Shown here piece by piece: positions 45,436 through 55,414 of a stretch of 64,000 nt of DNA. The stretch is taken from IMG/VR virus record IMGVR_UViG_3300028887_000103, positions 16,373-80,372 of that record. One strand, written 5' to 3'. Origin of the DNA: a virus. Its lineage: Duplodnaviria; Caudoviricetes. A program made the translations under genes and the position numbers. The notes below the pieces were generated by a model. That model did not search any database and was not told where the DNA came from. It saw only the letters and a program-made list of their open reading frames with translations. How positions within the stretch are numbered: the first letter of the stretch is position 1; each line of letters begins with the position of its first letter.

Positions 45436-46215
45436 ATGAGTCATTTCGTAGTTATGGTGACTAGAACAGATGAAGATTCAGTTGAGTCACAACTAGAACC
45501 TTTTTACGAGCAAGGGAATGAAAATGATTCCTTTATGGAAAAGGAGTATTATCTAAAGAATGACGAAAAGGAAATAGAGGAGTGGTTAGATAGCGAAATC
45601 AAAAGTTTCAATGAACATCTAAACAATCCAGATGTTTCAGTAGACAACAAAAGGTGGTGTCAAAATTGTCTGAAAGATTTAGAGAGAATTAAGAATCTTA
45701 AGACCGTCAGAGGTAAATTGAAGGCTATCAAGAGGCACGAAGGAGGAGGGCTTGACAAAGATGGGCTATATTGGTTAAACAACCCGAATGCCCAATGGGA
45801 CTGGTGGTCAATTGGTGGCAGGTGGGATGGCTGGTTGGTGGATAAAAATGGTATTCATTGTAACATCTGCACAGTAAAAGATTTAGATTTTGATAGGATG
45901 CGAGAAGCAGAAAAGGAAAGTCGTGCTAGATATTATGACCAAGAAATGAAAAAGAAGGAAGAAAAGCCAGAGTATAAGCCACTATTCTGGGATTTCGACC
46001 ATATTCCTACGAGAGAAGAATATATTAACAAGGAACTTTCAGTAGCACCTTATGCGTTTCTACACGACGGGGAGTGGGTTGAGAGAGGCGAAATGGGTTG
46101 GTGGGGAATAAGCAATGACAAATTCTCTGCTGAAGAATGGGATAAGAAGTTTGAAGAGTTCATCAAAAGTCTAGACCCAGAAACAGAAATAACAATTGTA
46201 GATTGCCACATATAA
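45436..46215 (+). CDS. Hypothetical phage protein
   Basis: SD; NPNAQWDWWSIGGRW and PYAFLHDGEW...GWWG motifs. Confidence 0.75.
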   Translation: MSHFVVMVTRTDEDSVESQLEPFYEQGNENDSFMEKEYYLKNDEKEIEEWLDSEIKSFNEHLNNPDVSVDNKRWCQNCLKDLERIKNLKTVRGKLKAIKRHEGGGLDKDGLYWLNNPNAQWDWWSIGGRWDGWLVDKNGIHCNICTVKDLDFDRMREAEKESRARYYDQEMKKKEEKPEYKPLFWDFDHIPTREEYINKELSVAPYAFLHDGEWVERGEMGWWGISNDKFSAEEWDKKFEEFIKSLDPETEITIVDCHI

Positions 46216-46460
46216 GGAGGCGAATGACAAAAGGTAGAATAAGACTAGAGTGGGATGGCCGAGTGCTTGAAGAACAAGAAGATGGCTCAATTACTATTTC
46301 GTTAAATAGAGAAGACCTGCTAGAATGCACTGTTCAGATATACGGAGAGTATCTTCTAAAAGGTGGCAAGAAAAGTGGCTTCGGAAAGTATATTGACGAA
46401 GAATTAAGAAAAGTGAGAGAAGAAAGGATTAAGAGAGAATATGGAAAACAAGAAAGTTAA
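46203..46460 (+). CDS. Hypothetical protein
   Basis: SD AAGGAGG (likely start 46224). Confidence 0.6.
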   Translation: MPHIRRRMTKGRIRLEWDGRVLEEQEDGSITISLNREDLLECTVQIYGEYLLKGGKKSGFGKYIDEELRKVREERIKREYGKQES

Positions 46461-46869
46461 ACTTGATGACCTCTATTTTGGGGTAAAGTTATATCCACTA
46501 TCCTACAGTTCTAAAGATGACTCGAAGGAATTGAAAACCTACAACCTGTTTGATTTTGGAAGAGTGAAGTGGAGTGTTGCTAGATGGGTGACGATGAATG
46601 ATAAAGAAAAGAAGGAAATCTGGAGTGACCCGCTAATGTTCTGTTTCGGAGATGTCTGGAGTAGGTGTGAATATGAATTCATTGTCTGTCCGTGGGGTGG
46701 TTTAGATGAGAATGATAAAGTTATAGATGTCGGAATTAAGATGGATACTTTTGAAATGTATGTTAAACCTAACGAAAAACTGCTGATGAATATGGTAAAT
46801 AGTGTGAGTGTCAGTAGCGCTAAAAAGTATCTATCAGAAGAAAGAAAGCGTATCAAGGGGTTGAAATAG
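46441..46869 (+). CDS. Hypothetical protein
   Basis: Coupled ORF. Confidence 0.65.
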   Translation: MENKKVKLDDLYFGVKLYPLSYSSKDDSKELKTYNLFDFGRVKWSVARWVTMNDKEKKEIWSDPLMFCFGDVWSRCEYEFIVCPWGGLDENDKVIDVGIKMDTFEMYVKPNEKLLMNMVNSVSVSSAKKYLSEERKRIKGLK

Positions 46870-46903
46870 AATAGTTTTGCTATAATTCCTCATAGGAGGA
46901 ATA

Positions 46904-47398
46904 ATGCAAGAGAAGAAATATACTGCTCAAGATATTGAGGAATTAAAAAAGAAAGACCCTAAAGAATTAACTGCTAAAGAAAAAGGTTTGATAAATCTAC
47001 GACCAAACAAGCCAGGTGAAACTGGTGACAAACATCTAGGAGGAAGAAAGAAGGGTACTCCAAATTGGTCAACCCATTTCAAAAGATTGATGGGCGATGA
47101 ACAGTTCTTAAATACTATTATCAGTGCTCTACCTCAACAGTGGGAAGGAGTAGTTGATAAATATCCTGCCAGCGTGATAGCGGCTGGGCTGATTACTACT
47201 GCCACTCAACAGATTGCAAAAAGTGTCGTGGAGGGGAAACCAGTTGACGAACAAACACTACGAATAATAGATAGAATTTCAAAGATTGGATATGGAGATG
47301 AAAGTAGAGTAACGCTGAACACAGAAGAAGGCTTCTTTGATAAAGTGAACTTCACTTTCAATGTGGTAGAGGACAGAGAGCAACCAGAGGAATCCTAG
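46904..47398 (+). CDS. Terminase small subunit (putative)
   Basis: NLRPNKPGETGD..GGRKKGTPN motif; directly upstream of TerL. Confidence 0.7.
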   Translation: MQEKKYTAQDIEELKKKDPKELTAKEKGLINLRPNKPGETGDKHLGGRKKGTPNWSTHFKRLMGDEQFLNTIISALPQQWEGVVDKYPASVIAAGLITTATQQIAKSVVEGKPVDEQTLRIIDRISKIGYGDESRVTLNTEEGFFDKVNFTFNVVEDREQPEES

Positions 47399-48819
47399 TG
47401 GATATAAGTAAGAAGCAAAGACAATTTCTACAACTGCTGGAAGACCCTACCATTAACGAACTTCTGATTGGAGGAGCAGGTGGAGGTGCCAAGAGTTTCA
47501 GTCTAGGGATGGGAGCAACTCTTTTGGCTAGAAAGTATCCAGGGGTTAGAATCTTTATGGGAAGAAAAACCCTAAAAAGTCTTAAGCAATCTACTGTCAA
47601 TACTCTACTTACAAAGGTGTTCCCATTTCTCGGAATAAGTGGCAATGATTATGCTATCCACTTCCAAGATATGACGCTAGATTATAAGAATGGTTCAAAG
47701 ATAATTTTTGGCGAATTGGATACAGTCCCGTCCGACCCAGATTTTTCTAGGATTGGCTCTACTGAATACGATATAGCAATCGTAGATGAGGCAGGTGAGA
47801 TAACCTTACAAGCAAAAAATGCTATCAAAACTCGTATTGGTCGTGGTATCCTGGCTAATTATGGAGTGCCGGGGAAGTTGATAATATCGGCTAACCCTAG
47901 CACCAACTTTTTGTTCTCTGAATACTATGAGCCATACGAAAGACAGGGTGGGGGTGGTTTTCAGAAATGGCAAATCGGTCATACGACTGTTTACGAGGGA
48001 ACAGAGAAGGAAAAACGATTGCCGTCATATCGGGGGTTCTTAAGAATGGGTGCTTACGATAACCCTTTCTTGCCACAAGCATACATTGACAATCTTAAGA
48101 CTCTTCCAGATAGGGAAAGAAGAAGAATTCTTGACGGGGATTGGCATTATGCTGATGATGAAAGTTCGCTGTTTAGAAGTGGTTTGCTAGATAAGGCTAC
48201 CATCTGGGAGTTACCAGAAAGCGATGAAAATGAGTGTTTTATCGGGGTTGACCTTTCCGATTCGGGTAAAGATAAGACTATATTCAGTTTGATAAAAAAT
48301 GGCATACTCGTAAACCAGAAGGCTTCTAGCGTTCAGATGAACTGGGAAAAAGAATCTAAACTTCCAATGGGTAGATTGATAACAGATGAACTAGTAGAGT
48401 TTGCCCAGAGAAATGGGATTGACCAGCGTCTAGCAAGTCGTATAGCAGTAGAAATTAACGGTGTGGGTGCTAGTGTTCGTGACTTCTTACGGGAAAGAGG
48501 TTGGCATATTACAGAATACACTGCAACTCATAAGTCTAGGAGTGAAAATTATTACAATCTGATGCTTGATATGGACGCAGGAGACATAAAGATATATCAC
48601 GAAATAAATGACTTGGACGGCTTAAGAAGAGAATTGTCTGCTCATTCCTACGAGATGAACAACCAAGAGCCAAGCGTAGTGAAAAAGGAAAAGATTAAAC
48701 TAACAATCGGGCATTCACCTGACCGTGCAGATAGTTTTGCTATCGCTAACTTTGCTAGAAGGATGGCCGAGCATCCAGAATTGAGTCCAAGAACTAATCG
48801 CAATCGCTTGATTTTCTAG
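47398..48819 (+). CDS. Terminase large subunit
   Basis: GGAGGGAKS Walker A, IVDEA Walker B, SANP coupling motif, IGVDLS RNase-H nuclease Asp, SPDRADS. Confidence 0.95.
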   Translation: MDISKKQRQFLQLLEDPTINELLIGGAGGGAKSFSLGMGATLLARKYPGVRIFMGRKTLKSLKQSTVNTLLTKVFPFLGISGNDYAIHFQDMTLDYKNGSKIIFGELDTVPSDPDFSRIGSTEYDIAIVDEAGEITLQAKNAIKTRIGRGILANYGVPGKLIISANPSTNFLFSEYYEPYERQGGGGFQKWQIGHTTVYEGTEKEKRLPSYRGFLRMGAYDNPFLPQAYIDNLKTLPDRERRRILDGDWHYADDESSLFRSGLLDKATIWELPESDENECFIGVDLSDSGKDKTIFSLIKNGILVNQKASSVQMNWEKESKLPMGRLITDELVEFAQRNGIDQRLASRIAVEINGVGASVRDFLRERGWHITEYTATHKSRSENYYNLMLDMDAGDIKIYHEINDLDGLRRELSAHSYEMNNQEPSVVKKEKIKLTIGHSPDRADSFAIANFARRMAEHPELSPRTNRNRLIF

Positions 48820-48853
48820 AGAGAAGATATTAAAATAGTAGAAAGGAGAAATA

Positions 48854-49201
48854 ATGAAAGCAGTAGATTTTAAGGAATATTCCAAAAATGTTATGAATTA
48901 TTGCTGGAAACTATTATTCGACAAGAGTAAAGAATATGCCAGCGACGAAGATGTGCTGGCTAATTTTAAGCAACCGACATCTTTGCTAGAAACTAATCCA
49001 GTCAAGGTGTGTCTGATGTATGATATGAAGCATATAGCGTCAATGGCAAAGATGGCTAATGATGTGGATAAGGGTATATTGCCAACGAAGGAATTGCTTT
49101 TAGAAAAAGTCGGAGACTACATTAATTACGGCTTATTGTTCTATTCTAATATGCTTGAGATGATAGAAGAAGAAAAGGCAGGATATGAAGAAGAAAGTTG
49201 A
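48854..49201 (+). CDS. Nucleotide-modification-associated domain protein (DUF1599/Nmad1-like)
   Basis: KSKEYASDEDVLANFK and EKVGDYINYGLL pattern. Confidence 0.55.
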   Translation: MKAVDFKEYSKNVMNYCWKLLFDKSKEYASDEDVLANFKQPTSLLETNPVKVCLMYDMKHIASMAKMANDVDKGILPTKELLLEKVGDYINYGLLFYSNMLEMIEEEKAGYEEES

Positions 49202-49589
49202 TGTAGATTTGACAAAAGTAGAAATCGTGTTGGAAAATTGCGAGGTATTTACTTTTGACGCTTGTGATGTTACTGTTCTGGTCGGAGGTTTGGGTGCGAG
49301 TTTTTGGAGTGGTGATTTTGTTTTTGACAATGCCAAGTATGCGAAGATTTACATCAACAAGGATGCTAAAGCGTCTGGGGGGTGGGAGAATGAGGCTTGG
49401 CAAGATAGAATTCATAAAGACATCACACAAGTTCATCTTCACTTTGAGGATGGTTCTAGCGTAGGGTATCATCTAGATTGGGATATAGAAACTAGTGACT
49501 ATGAAAATAGTTACGAAGAGGATACCGAAAACGAATTACAAAAAATCTACACAATATGTAACCCTAAATGGAAGGAGATTTATGAGTAA
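49185..49589 (+). CDS. Hypothetical protein
   Basis: Coupled ORF. Confidence 0.65.
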   Translation: MKKKVDVDLTKVEIVLENCEVFTFDACDVTVLVGGLGASFWSGDFVFDNAKYAKIYINKDAKASGGWENEAWQDRIHKDITQVHLHFEDGSSVGYHLDWDIETSDYENSYEEDTENELQKIYTICNPKWKEIYE

Positions 49590-50124
49590 ACTAAAACTAA
49601 TTGCTTGCGTGGCAAAAGACGGTGGGATAGGGAAAGACGGAAAGTTATTATTCCACTCTAAAAAAGATATGGTTTATTTTAAGCGAATGACAATGGGACG
49701 GACGGTGGTGATGGGGAGGAAGACTTACGAAAGTTTAGGTAAACCACTTGCCCACAGGAATAATGTAGTTATCTCAAAAAAGCCAATGGATGAAAATATA
49801 TCAGAATGCGTCTGGGGTTATCGAAGCGTGGAAGAGTTCTTGTCTAAATTAAACGAGGAACAAGAATTTTTCGATATCAAGGCTATTCTGATGAAAGAAA
49901 CAGATGTATATGTTATCGGAGGAGGTTCTGTTTACGAGCAACTTCTACCGTTCTGTGATACATTATATCTAACCGAAGTGGATGTAACTAGAGAAGCAGA
50001 CACCTTCTTCCCGAAGTTTGACAAAAATGACTTCAACCAGAGAGTTCTTGACGAATGGGAGGAAGACGGGTTGAGATATAAACTTACAGAATATACGAGA
50101 AAAAAGGATGATAACAGCAAATGA
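49582..50124 (+). CDS. folA: Dihydrofolate reductase (start re-called)
   Basis: IACVAKDGGIG, DMVYFK..T, VVMGRKTYES, VIGGG.VY, LYLTEVD, DTFFP. Confidence 0.95.
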   Translation: MSKLKLIACVAKDGGIGKDGKLLFHSKKDMVYFKRMTMGRTVVMGRKTYESLGKPLAHRNNVVISKKPMDENISECVWGYRSVEEFLSKLNEEQEFFDIKAILMKETDVYVIGGGSVYEQLLPFCDTLYLTEVDVTREADTFFPKFDKNDFNQRVLDEWEEDGLRYKLTEYTRKKDDNSK

Positions 50125-50419
50125 TACTGCAGAAGATATAAAGCCAAGAAAGGGCTTGTATCTGATGACGGATATTTTCGGCAACCAGCGTAGAGTGGAA
50201 GTGATGCCAGCAGAGAAATCTATGCTGATTAAAATGAAGGACAATCCACCAAAACTAAAGACGAATGACAATTATGATACCTTCCTTTACAAAAAAGGCT
50301 CTGTGAGGCTAAAATATGCCGATTACAGCCTACTTTACTGCTTCAATGATATGGAGTTTAAGTTATACCCTAAAGAGGGGTCTGAGCCACTATATTTTGA
50401 GTTTGAAAAGAAAATATAG
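50108..50419 (+). CDS. Hypothetical protein
   Basis: Coupled ORF. Confidence 0.6.
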   Translation: MITANDTAEDIKPRKGLYLMTDIFGNQRRVEVMPAEKSMLIKMKDNPPKLKTNDNYDTFLYKKGSVRLKYADYSLLYCFNDMEFKLYPKEGSEPLYFEFEKKI

Positions 50420-50523
50420 TATAATACGACAAAGGTTCCTCCCTGTCAATGACAAACCTCTGGGTTTAGACGGGGAGGTCATTTTTTACTTGATTTTTTC
50501 TGGAATGTGTATTATAATGAAAG

Positions 50524-50625
50524 GGTAGTAGATGTAAATCTACTGCCGGTTACAAGTTGGTAGGATGTTCTCAACCCCTACGACTATGTGAGAAAGGAGA
50601 GTGGTAGAAATACCACTTTCTTTTT
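50524..50625 (+). ncRNA. Candidate ~100-nt small RNA
   Basis: TTGATT-17-TATAAT promoter; GGTAGTAGAT-GTAA-ATCTACTGCC hairpin; second hairpin; terminator hairpin plus T tract; no ORF. Confidence 0.45.
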
Positions 50626-50776
50626 GATAAAAAATACCTGTCTTGCTGTATGTTAATCCAGCACTTTCTAACAGGGGTGAAATTGGACAATTCGTGCGTA
50701 TTATGGTCTCTCGATTAACCCATTCGTTGAGTGCTAAAATAGAAAATACACATTAAAAATAACGAAAGGGAAATAG

Positions 50777-51190
50777 ATGAGAATAATTTACGATAACGAG
50801 AAGCATACTGCAGATTTTGATTTAGATAAGTTCTATAAATCTTTGAATAGATATGGCGAGGTGAGCAAAGACCAGATAACCAAAGAACTTGAAAATTGGC
50901 ACTATGACCCGTTGCATTATTCTTGTCTAGTGGAAATTGGAGTTAAACTACTTCCTGATGAAAAAAGTGCTAGGGCTTACTACAATGACCACGCTAAAGA
51001 AAATCAAGATTTTGAAAGATTAAGGAGAATCACGGGTTATCTAGTGGGAAGTCTAGAGCGATGGAATGATGCAAAAAAGGCCGAGGAGAAGGCTAGAGTC
51101 AAACACGCTTTAGGTGGACAATACACACCAGAGGAGAAGACCGCTATCGAGGTGTTGAAACTGGAAAATAGTGTGATGTCACAGTTCTAA
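50777..51190 (+). CDS. Stand-alone NrdD C-terminal (glycyl-radical motif) domain protein
   Basis: RLRRITGYLVG...WNDAKKAEEKARVKH matches the class III RNR C-terminus; catalytic barrel absent. Confidence 0.75.
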   Translation: MRIIYDNEKHTADFDLDKFYKSLNRYGEVSKDQITKELENWHYDPLHYSCLVEIGVKLLPDEKSARAYYNDHAKENQDFERLRRITGYLVGSLERWNDAKKAEEKARVKHALGGQYTPEEKTAIEVLKLENSVMSQF

Positions 51191-51363
51191 TGATAAAAAA
51201 ATACATACTATACTTATTGAGATGGCAATTAAGCACCCCTATCCTTGCTGTATGTCTAATCTGGTTGGCAGGCTTGGGTGAGGTGTGGGCTACTATTGTG
51301 GCTAATCTTATTGGTGGGCTAATCTTCTTCTGGGTTGATAGGCTAATCTTCAAAAAGGGTTGA
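51190..51363 (+). CDS. 57-aa membrane protein, GtrA-like (not in ORF track)
   Basis: MIKKYILYLLRWQLSTPIL...ANLIGGLIFFWVDRLIF; TAATG overlap. Confidence 0.6.
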   Translation: MIKKYILYLLRWQLSTPILAVCLIWLAGLGEVWATIVANLIGGLIFFWVDRLIFKKG

Positions 51364-51477
51364 AAAAACTGGGGAAAAATAGTATAATATATACAGGAGG
51401 TAGTCCAAGCATTGGGTTGCCTTCTTTTATGCTATAATAAGATTAACGATTAAAAAACTTTTGAGGAATAAAATAAA

Positions 51478-52413
51478 ATGAGTTTACCACAAAGATATGG
51501 AGTAGATAAGAAAATCAATTCTATGGAAGGCTTATCTGCGTATGAAAATGGAGGAAAGGGGAGTGGAAACTTCGGTCACGAAGGCCGTCCAGGTTTAGTA
51601 GGGGGTAGTGGCGGAAGAGGAGTAAGTGCCACTAGTTTTCACGAGTCTAGACAAAGAGTAGGTTCGGTTGAAAAAGAGGCGAAAGAGGCTGAAAGGCTTA
51701 AACGAGAGGAAGAGGCTTATTCAGAAGTTATGAATCCAACCAGAAAGTTAGATGACGAAACGCTTGAGATGGGGCGTGAGGCTGTTAACAGTGCGATGGA
51801 TACTGCTGATGCTAAACTCCGTTCGGGAAAAATACAACCAACGGTAGATGGCAAACCTTTTGCACCGTGGCGAAGAGAATTGAAAGAAAGTGGACAGACG
51901 TTAGCAACCCCGCTAGAAGGGGACACAGACAATTCTGTCATCTCGTCTGTAATGGGTCAGTTATCAGATGGGATTTGGGAAAATTCTCCTGCTATGGAAT
52001 CCTACTGGAGAATGTGCGAACCATTCAAAGCGGATGATGGAAAAATATATATGAAAGTAAGCAAGAAACTTGATTATGTAGATTATACTGACCATCGTGG
52101 TGTTAGACACTGGAAAAACAATAAATATGCAAATCTGACTAATGCTGGAGTTAGAGATTTCTGGGGTAAAAAGGTGAAACAGGTAGTAGATACAGAGCGT
52201 AGGGATTCCAAGCATTCTTCAATATTCAAGGGGAATGAGGATTATTCTTGGCGACCAGATAATAATACTAGGCTTCAATATATGCACTCAACTAAAGAAG
52301 GTGCTAAAAATCCAACAGTAGGGGATGCTTATAGAGTTTGGGCAAAACTTGTTGCACCCAAGACCGCCAAGTTAAATCGCAACCCATTCGATTATAGAGA
52401 GGACAATTACTAG
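51478..52413 (+). CDS. Tag-bearing hypothetical protein (one NGGKGSGNFGH tag), putative capsid cargo
   Basis: Tag at 51547-51612 near the N-terminus. Confidence 0.7.
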   Translation: MSLPQRYGVDKKINSMEGLSAYENGGKGSGNFGHEGRPGLVGGSGGRGVSATSFHESRQRVGSVEKEAKEAERLKREEEAYSEVMNPTRKLDDETLEMGREAVNSAMDTADAKLRSGKIQPTVDGKPFAPWRRELKESGQTLATPLEGDTDNSVISSVMGQLSDGIWENSPAMESYWRMCEPFKADDGKIYMKVSKKLDYVDYTDHRGVRHWKNNKYANLTNAGVRDFWGKKVKQVVDTERRDSKHSSIFKGNEDYSWRPDNNTRLQYMHSTKEGAKNPTVGDAYRVWAKLVAPKTAKLNRNPFDYREDNY

Positions 52414-52414
52414 A

Positions 52415-55414
52415 ATGAAAAAAGAAATCTACAATAAACTTAAAAAAAAGGTGGACAGGTTAGAGTTGCTCATCAATGGGGGTAAAGGTTCTGGTAACTT
52501 CGGTCATAGCGGGCGACCTGGAGAAGTAGGTGGTAGTGGAGATGGTGCAGGTGCCTCAGAGGGTGGCGCTGACAGACTGCAAGGTCCAGCAAAAACTAGA
52601 GAAGAATATGTCTATAAGAAAGCGAGTGAAAAATGCCAAGGTGATGCGTCTGATGTATATGCGTCACTGAGCGAACACGCTGAGTGGATTGCTGATGATG
52701 GCTCTTTTGCTGAAGGCTATAATGCTGATGACTATTGGAAATTAGCAGATAGACTGGGGGTTCGGGGTGATAAATTGGGTGAGCAGAGTAGAGTATATAC
52801 ACAGCAAGACTTAGTGGAAGGGTTCAAAAGGCTCGTAAAAGAGGTTGAACCTTATGGGTTGCTAGATGGCTCTAGTTCAAATGATAAACTGGATGAGTTT
52901 TTGGGCACTTATGACTTTGACCGACGGAATGGTCTTAACGGGAGAGTGTTTGAAAATGGCGGGAAAGGTTCTGGCAATTTCGGTCACGCTGGCCGTCCGG
53001 GAGAAGTAGGTGGTAGTGGTAGAGGGGTTAAGGCAAGTTCGCTTCATAGTAAAGGAGAGACTTCTACCAGCTCAGAGGAAAAAGAGAGGTCAAAAGCGTT
53101 ACAAGCATCTTTTGAATCTGCCGCGCTTGAAAGTCAATTAAGAGATAAAAGATTTGAGTTAAAGAAGCGGGGTCTGTTTGATTATTATGACTATGAAGAT
53201 ATGAGAATGGACGAGTTAGTTGAAGATGGGGCTACTCCTGTAGATTTAGCTAACCAGAAACTTATTGATTCTATACGCCGAGAGTATGATGAAAAGACGC
53301 AGGCTTTGAAAGATGAAATAGAGGATTTAGAAAAACAGGTTAGGGCTAAGTATAAAGTAGTGGATGATTATCTGGAAAAATATGGCAAGAAGAATAGTTT
53401 CGTCACTAATGGTGGTAAGGGGTCTGGGAATTTCGGACATTCAGGACGACCTGGGGAAGTAGGTGGGTCTGGCAAAGGTTTTAGTGCTGGAGAAAAAGTT
53501 GAAGTTTCGGCAGGAATCTTCGGAAGTTATGAGGCAAAGATTGTCAAAAAACTTAAAGATAGTGAAAAACCTGTCTTTTCGGAAGAAGGAGAAGATTATT
53601 ATGAGGTTTCTAGAACTTCTCACGGTTCAGAAGTCAAAGGAATAGTGAAGAGTTCCGATATTAAGAAAAAGGGTGCGAACGAAAAAGGTAAGAAAGAAGC
53701 AAAAACCCAGACGGTTTCTTTGAAGGGTAAATCTCTTTATGAAAAAGTGCATATGATTGAGGCTGGAGATGAAGTTCACATCACACCGAAAGATAATCTG
53801 CCAAACTTTGACAGAAAGATTAAGGTTGATTATATTCAAGATGGCACCATTCATTACGGTAGTTCAGAAACAAGCGATGGTTATACTTATCCTGCTTGGG
53901 CAATTAAAGACATCACAAAGATTATAAGAAAGAAAAAGAATTCAATCTACGCTGAAGTGTCCAGAAGGCTTGACAAGATTGAAAAAATGTTAAATGGTGG
54001 AAAAGGTTCAGGTAACTTCGGGCATTCTGGGAGGCCAGGAGAAGTAGGAGGCAGTGGAAATGGTAAAGGTAACACAAAGATTGCAGAATTGGAATCTAAA
54101 ATTGCTCAAGTCGAACAAGATTATGCAGACAACCGTCGGACAAAAATTGATATGCTAAAGACCAAGAGGGCACTAATGGAAGAGTTGTCCCAAGCGAGGT
54201 TAGAGGAGGCTTCGGCAAAAAGGAAAGAAGAAAAGGGGAAGGAATGGTCTATTCCTGTTTCAGATAAATCAAAGGAATGGGAAAGGTCGAAAAATTACAA
54301 GATAGAGTATTGCGACTCTGAAGCATTGGAAAATTTCAAAGATGAATTCGAAGGGTTAAGCAATGAGGACGCCTTTGAAGGGCTTAAATCTATACTCGAA
54401 ACATTGCCAAAAGATTTTGATACTAATGTTACGGCGAAGTTAGGTTTATCTGCTGGCAATGGGACAGTGGGTAGAATGCCGGCTAAAGGTTCTAGTGTTT
54501 CTAGACAAGTTGCTGGGGATTATCTGCTAGCATCAATGGCAAAGATGCATAGCCGAAGAGATTTGAGTCTTGACAGAACTTCGGATAAAAGAAGGTTTGA
54601 AGCATTTAGGCAAGTTATCGATTCACCTGCTGGGACATATTTTGATAGCGATAAATTATTCGATGATACGACATATCTTCGTGACACAAAAAAGAATTCA
54701 ACAATAGTCAATGGGGGTAAGGGCAGTGGCAACTTCGGACACGCTGGCAGACCTGGTGAGGTTGGTGGCTCAAGTAAAGATGGAGGGGGGATGAACCCAA
54801 ACACCAAGATTGCGAGGGATTTAGCCAAACAAAAAGAGTATATTGAAAAAGCCAAGCAAGTGACTAAAGACATTGAGGACAGAATTGGTCAAAAGATGAA
54901 GGAAGGGGAAACCTACACGGCTTTTGATGAAGCGAAATTTAGTAGGTTCAAGTTCTTCCACGGTGAAGATGGAACTGAATATACCTACGATAAGATTGCT
55001 GATATGATTACCAAGACAAATCCGAAGACGGGCGACCAAGAAGTTGTTACCAAGCAAAAGAAGGATTATGGTTCGGAAAGAAGTGGAGTTAGCAAGAGAG
55101 ATGGACATCAAATAGCTAGTGAGTTTGCTGATTTATCGGCAGAATTAGAAACAGCGAGAACCAACTTGAAAATGTTGAAAGAGGATAAAGGGAAAGCGTA
55201 TAAAGACCTATCTGGAAGAAATACATTTATGGATAGAAGTTCTGAAATTAGTAGGTCATTACATTACGCAGAGGCATTAGGTAAGAGTAAAATGTCTAAA
55301 GAGACCAAAAAGTTGGTTAAAGAGATGGAAAAAGAATTACGCTCCATCCGAGATGAATATGATAAATTAGGGACTGATAAATACTTTGACCCAGATTTGA
55401 ATCACGAGAATTAG
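52415..55414 (+). CDS. Tag-punctuated polyprotein-like protein (five tags), putative capsid cargo
   Basis: Tags start at 52475, 52955, 53408, 53993 and 54710, separating unrelated segments. Confidence 0.75.
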   Translation: MKKEIYNKLKKKVDRLELLINGGKGSGNFGHSGRPGEVGGSGDGAGASEGGADRLQGPAKTREEYVYKKASEKCQGDASDVYASLSEHAEWIADDGSFAEGYNADDYWKLADRLGVRGDKLGEQSRVYTQQDLVEGFKRLVKEVEPYGLLDGSSSNDKLDEFLGTYDFDRRNGLNGRVFENGGKGSGNFGHAGRPGEVGGSGRGVKASSLHSKGETSTSSEEKERSKALQASFESAALESQLRDKRFELKKRGLFDYYDYEDMRMDELVEDGATPVDLANQKLIDSIRREYDEKTQALKDEIEDLEKQVRAKYKVVDDYLEKYGKKNSFVTNGGKGSGNFGHSGRPGEVGGSGKGFSAGEKVEVSAGIFGSYEAKIVKKLKDSEKPVFSEEGEDYYEVSRTSHGSEVKGIVKSSDIKKKGANEKGKKEAKTQTVSLKGKSLYEKVHMIEAGDEVHITPKDNLPNFDRKIKVDYIQDGTIHYGSSETSDGYTYPAWAIKDITKIIRKKKNSIYAEVSRRLDKIEKMLNGGKGSGNFGHSGRPGEVGGSGNGKGNTKIAELESKIAQVEQDYADNRRTKIDMLKTKRALMEELSQARLEEASAKRKEEKGKEWSIPVSDKSKEWERSKNYKIEYCDSEALENFKDEFEGLSNEDAFEGLKSILETLPKDFDTNVTAKLGLSAGNGTVGRMPAKGSSVSRQVAGDYLLASMAKMHSRRDLSLDRTSDKRRFEAFRQVIDSPAGTYFDSDKLFDDTTYLRDTKKNSTIVNGGKGSGNFGHAGRPGEVGGSSKDGGGMNPNTKIARDLAKQKEYIEKAKQVTKDIEDRIGQKMKEGETYTAFDEAKFSRFKFFHGEDGTEYTYDKIADMITKTNPKTGDQEVVTKQKKDYGSERSGVSKRDGHQIASEFADLSAELETARTNLKMLKEDKGKAYKDLSGRNTFMDRSSEISRSLHYAEALGKSKMSKETKKLVKEMEKELRSIRDEYDKLGTDKYFDPDLNHEN

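Noticed and set aside
52475-54775. Regularly recurring ~66-nt sequence as a CRISPR array or DNA repeat element
   Set aside because: Copies are in frame within ORFs, differ at synonymous positions and are separated by 400-700 nt of coding sequence; no cas genes. It is a protein motif.
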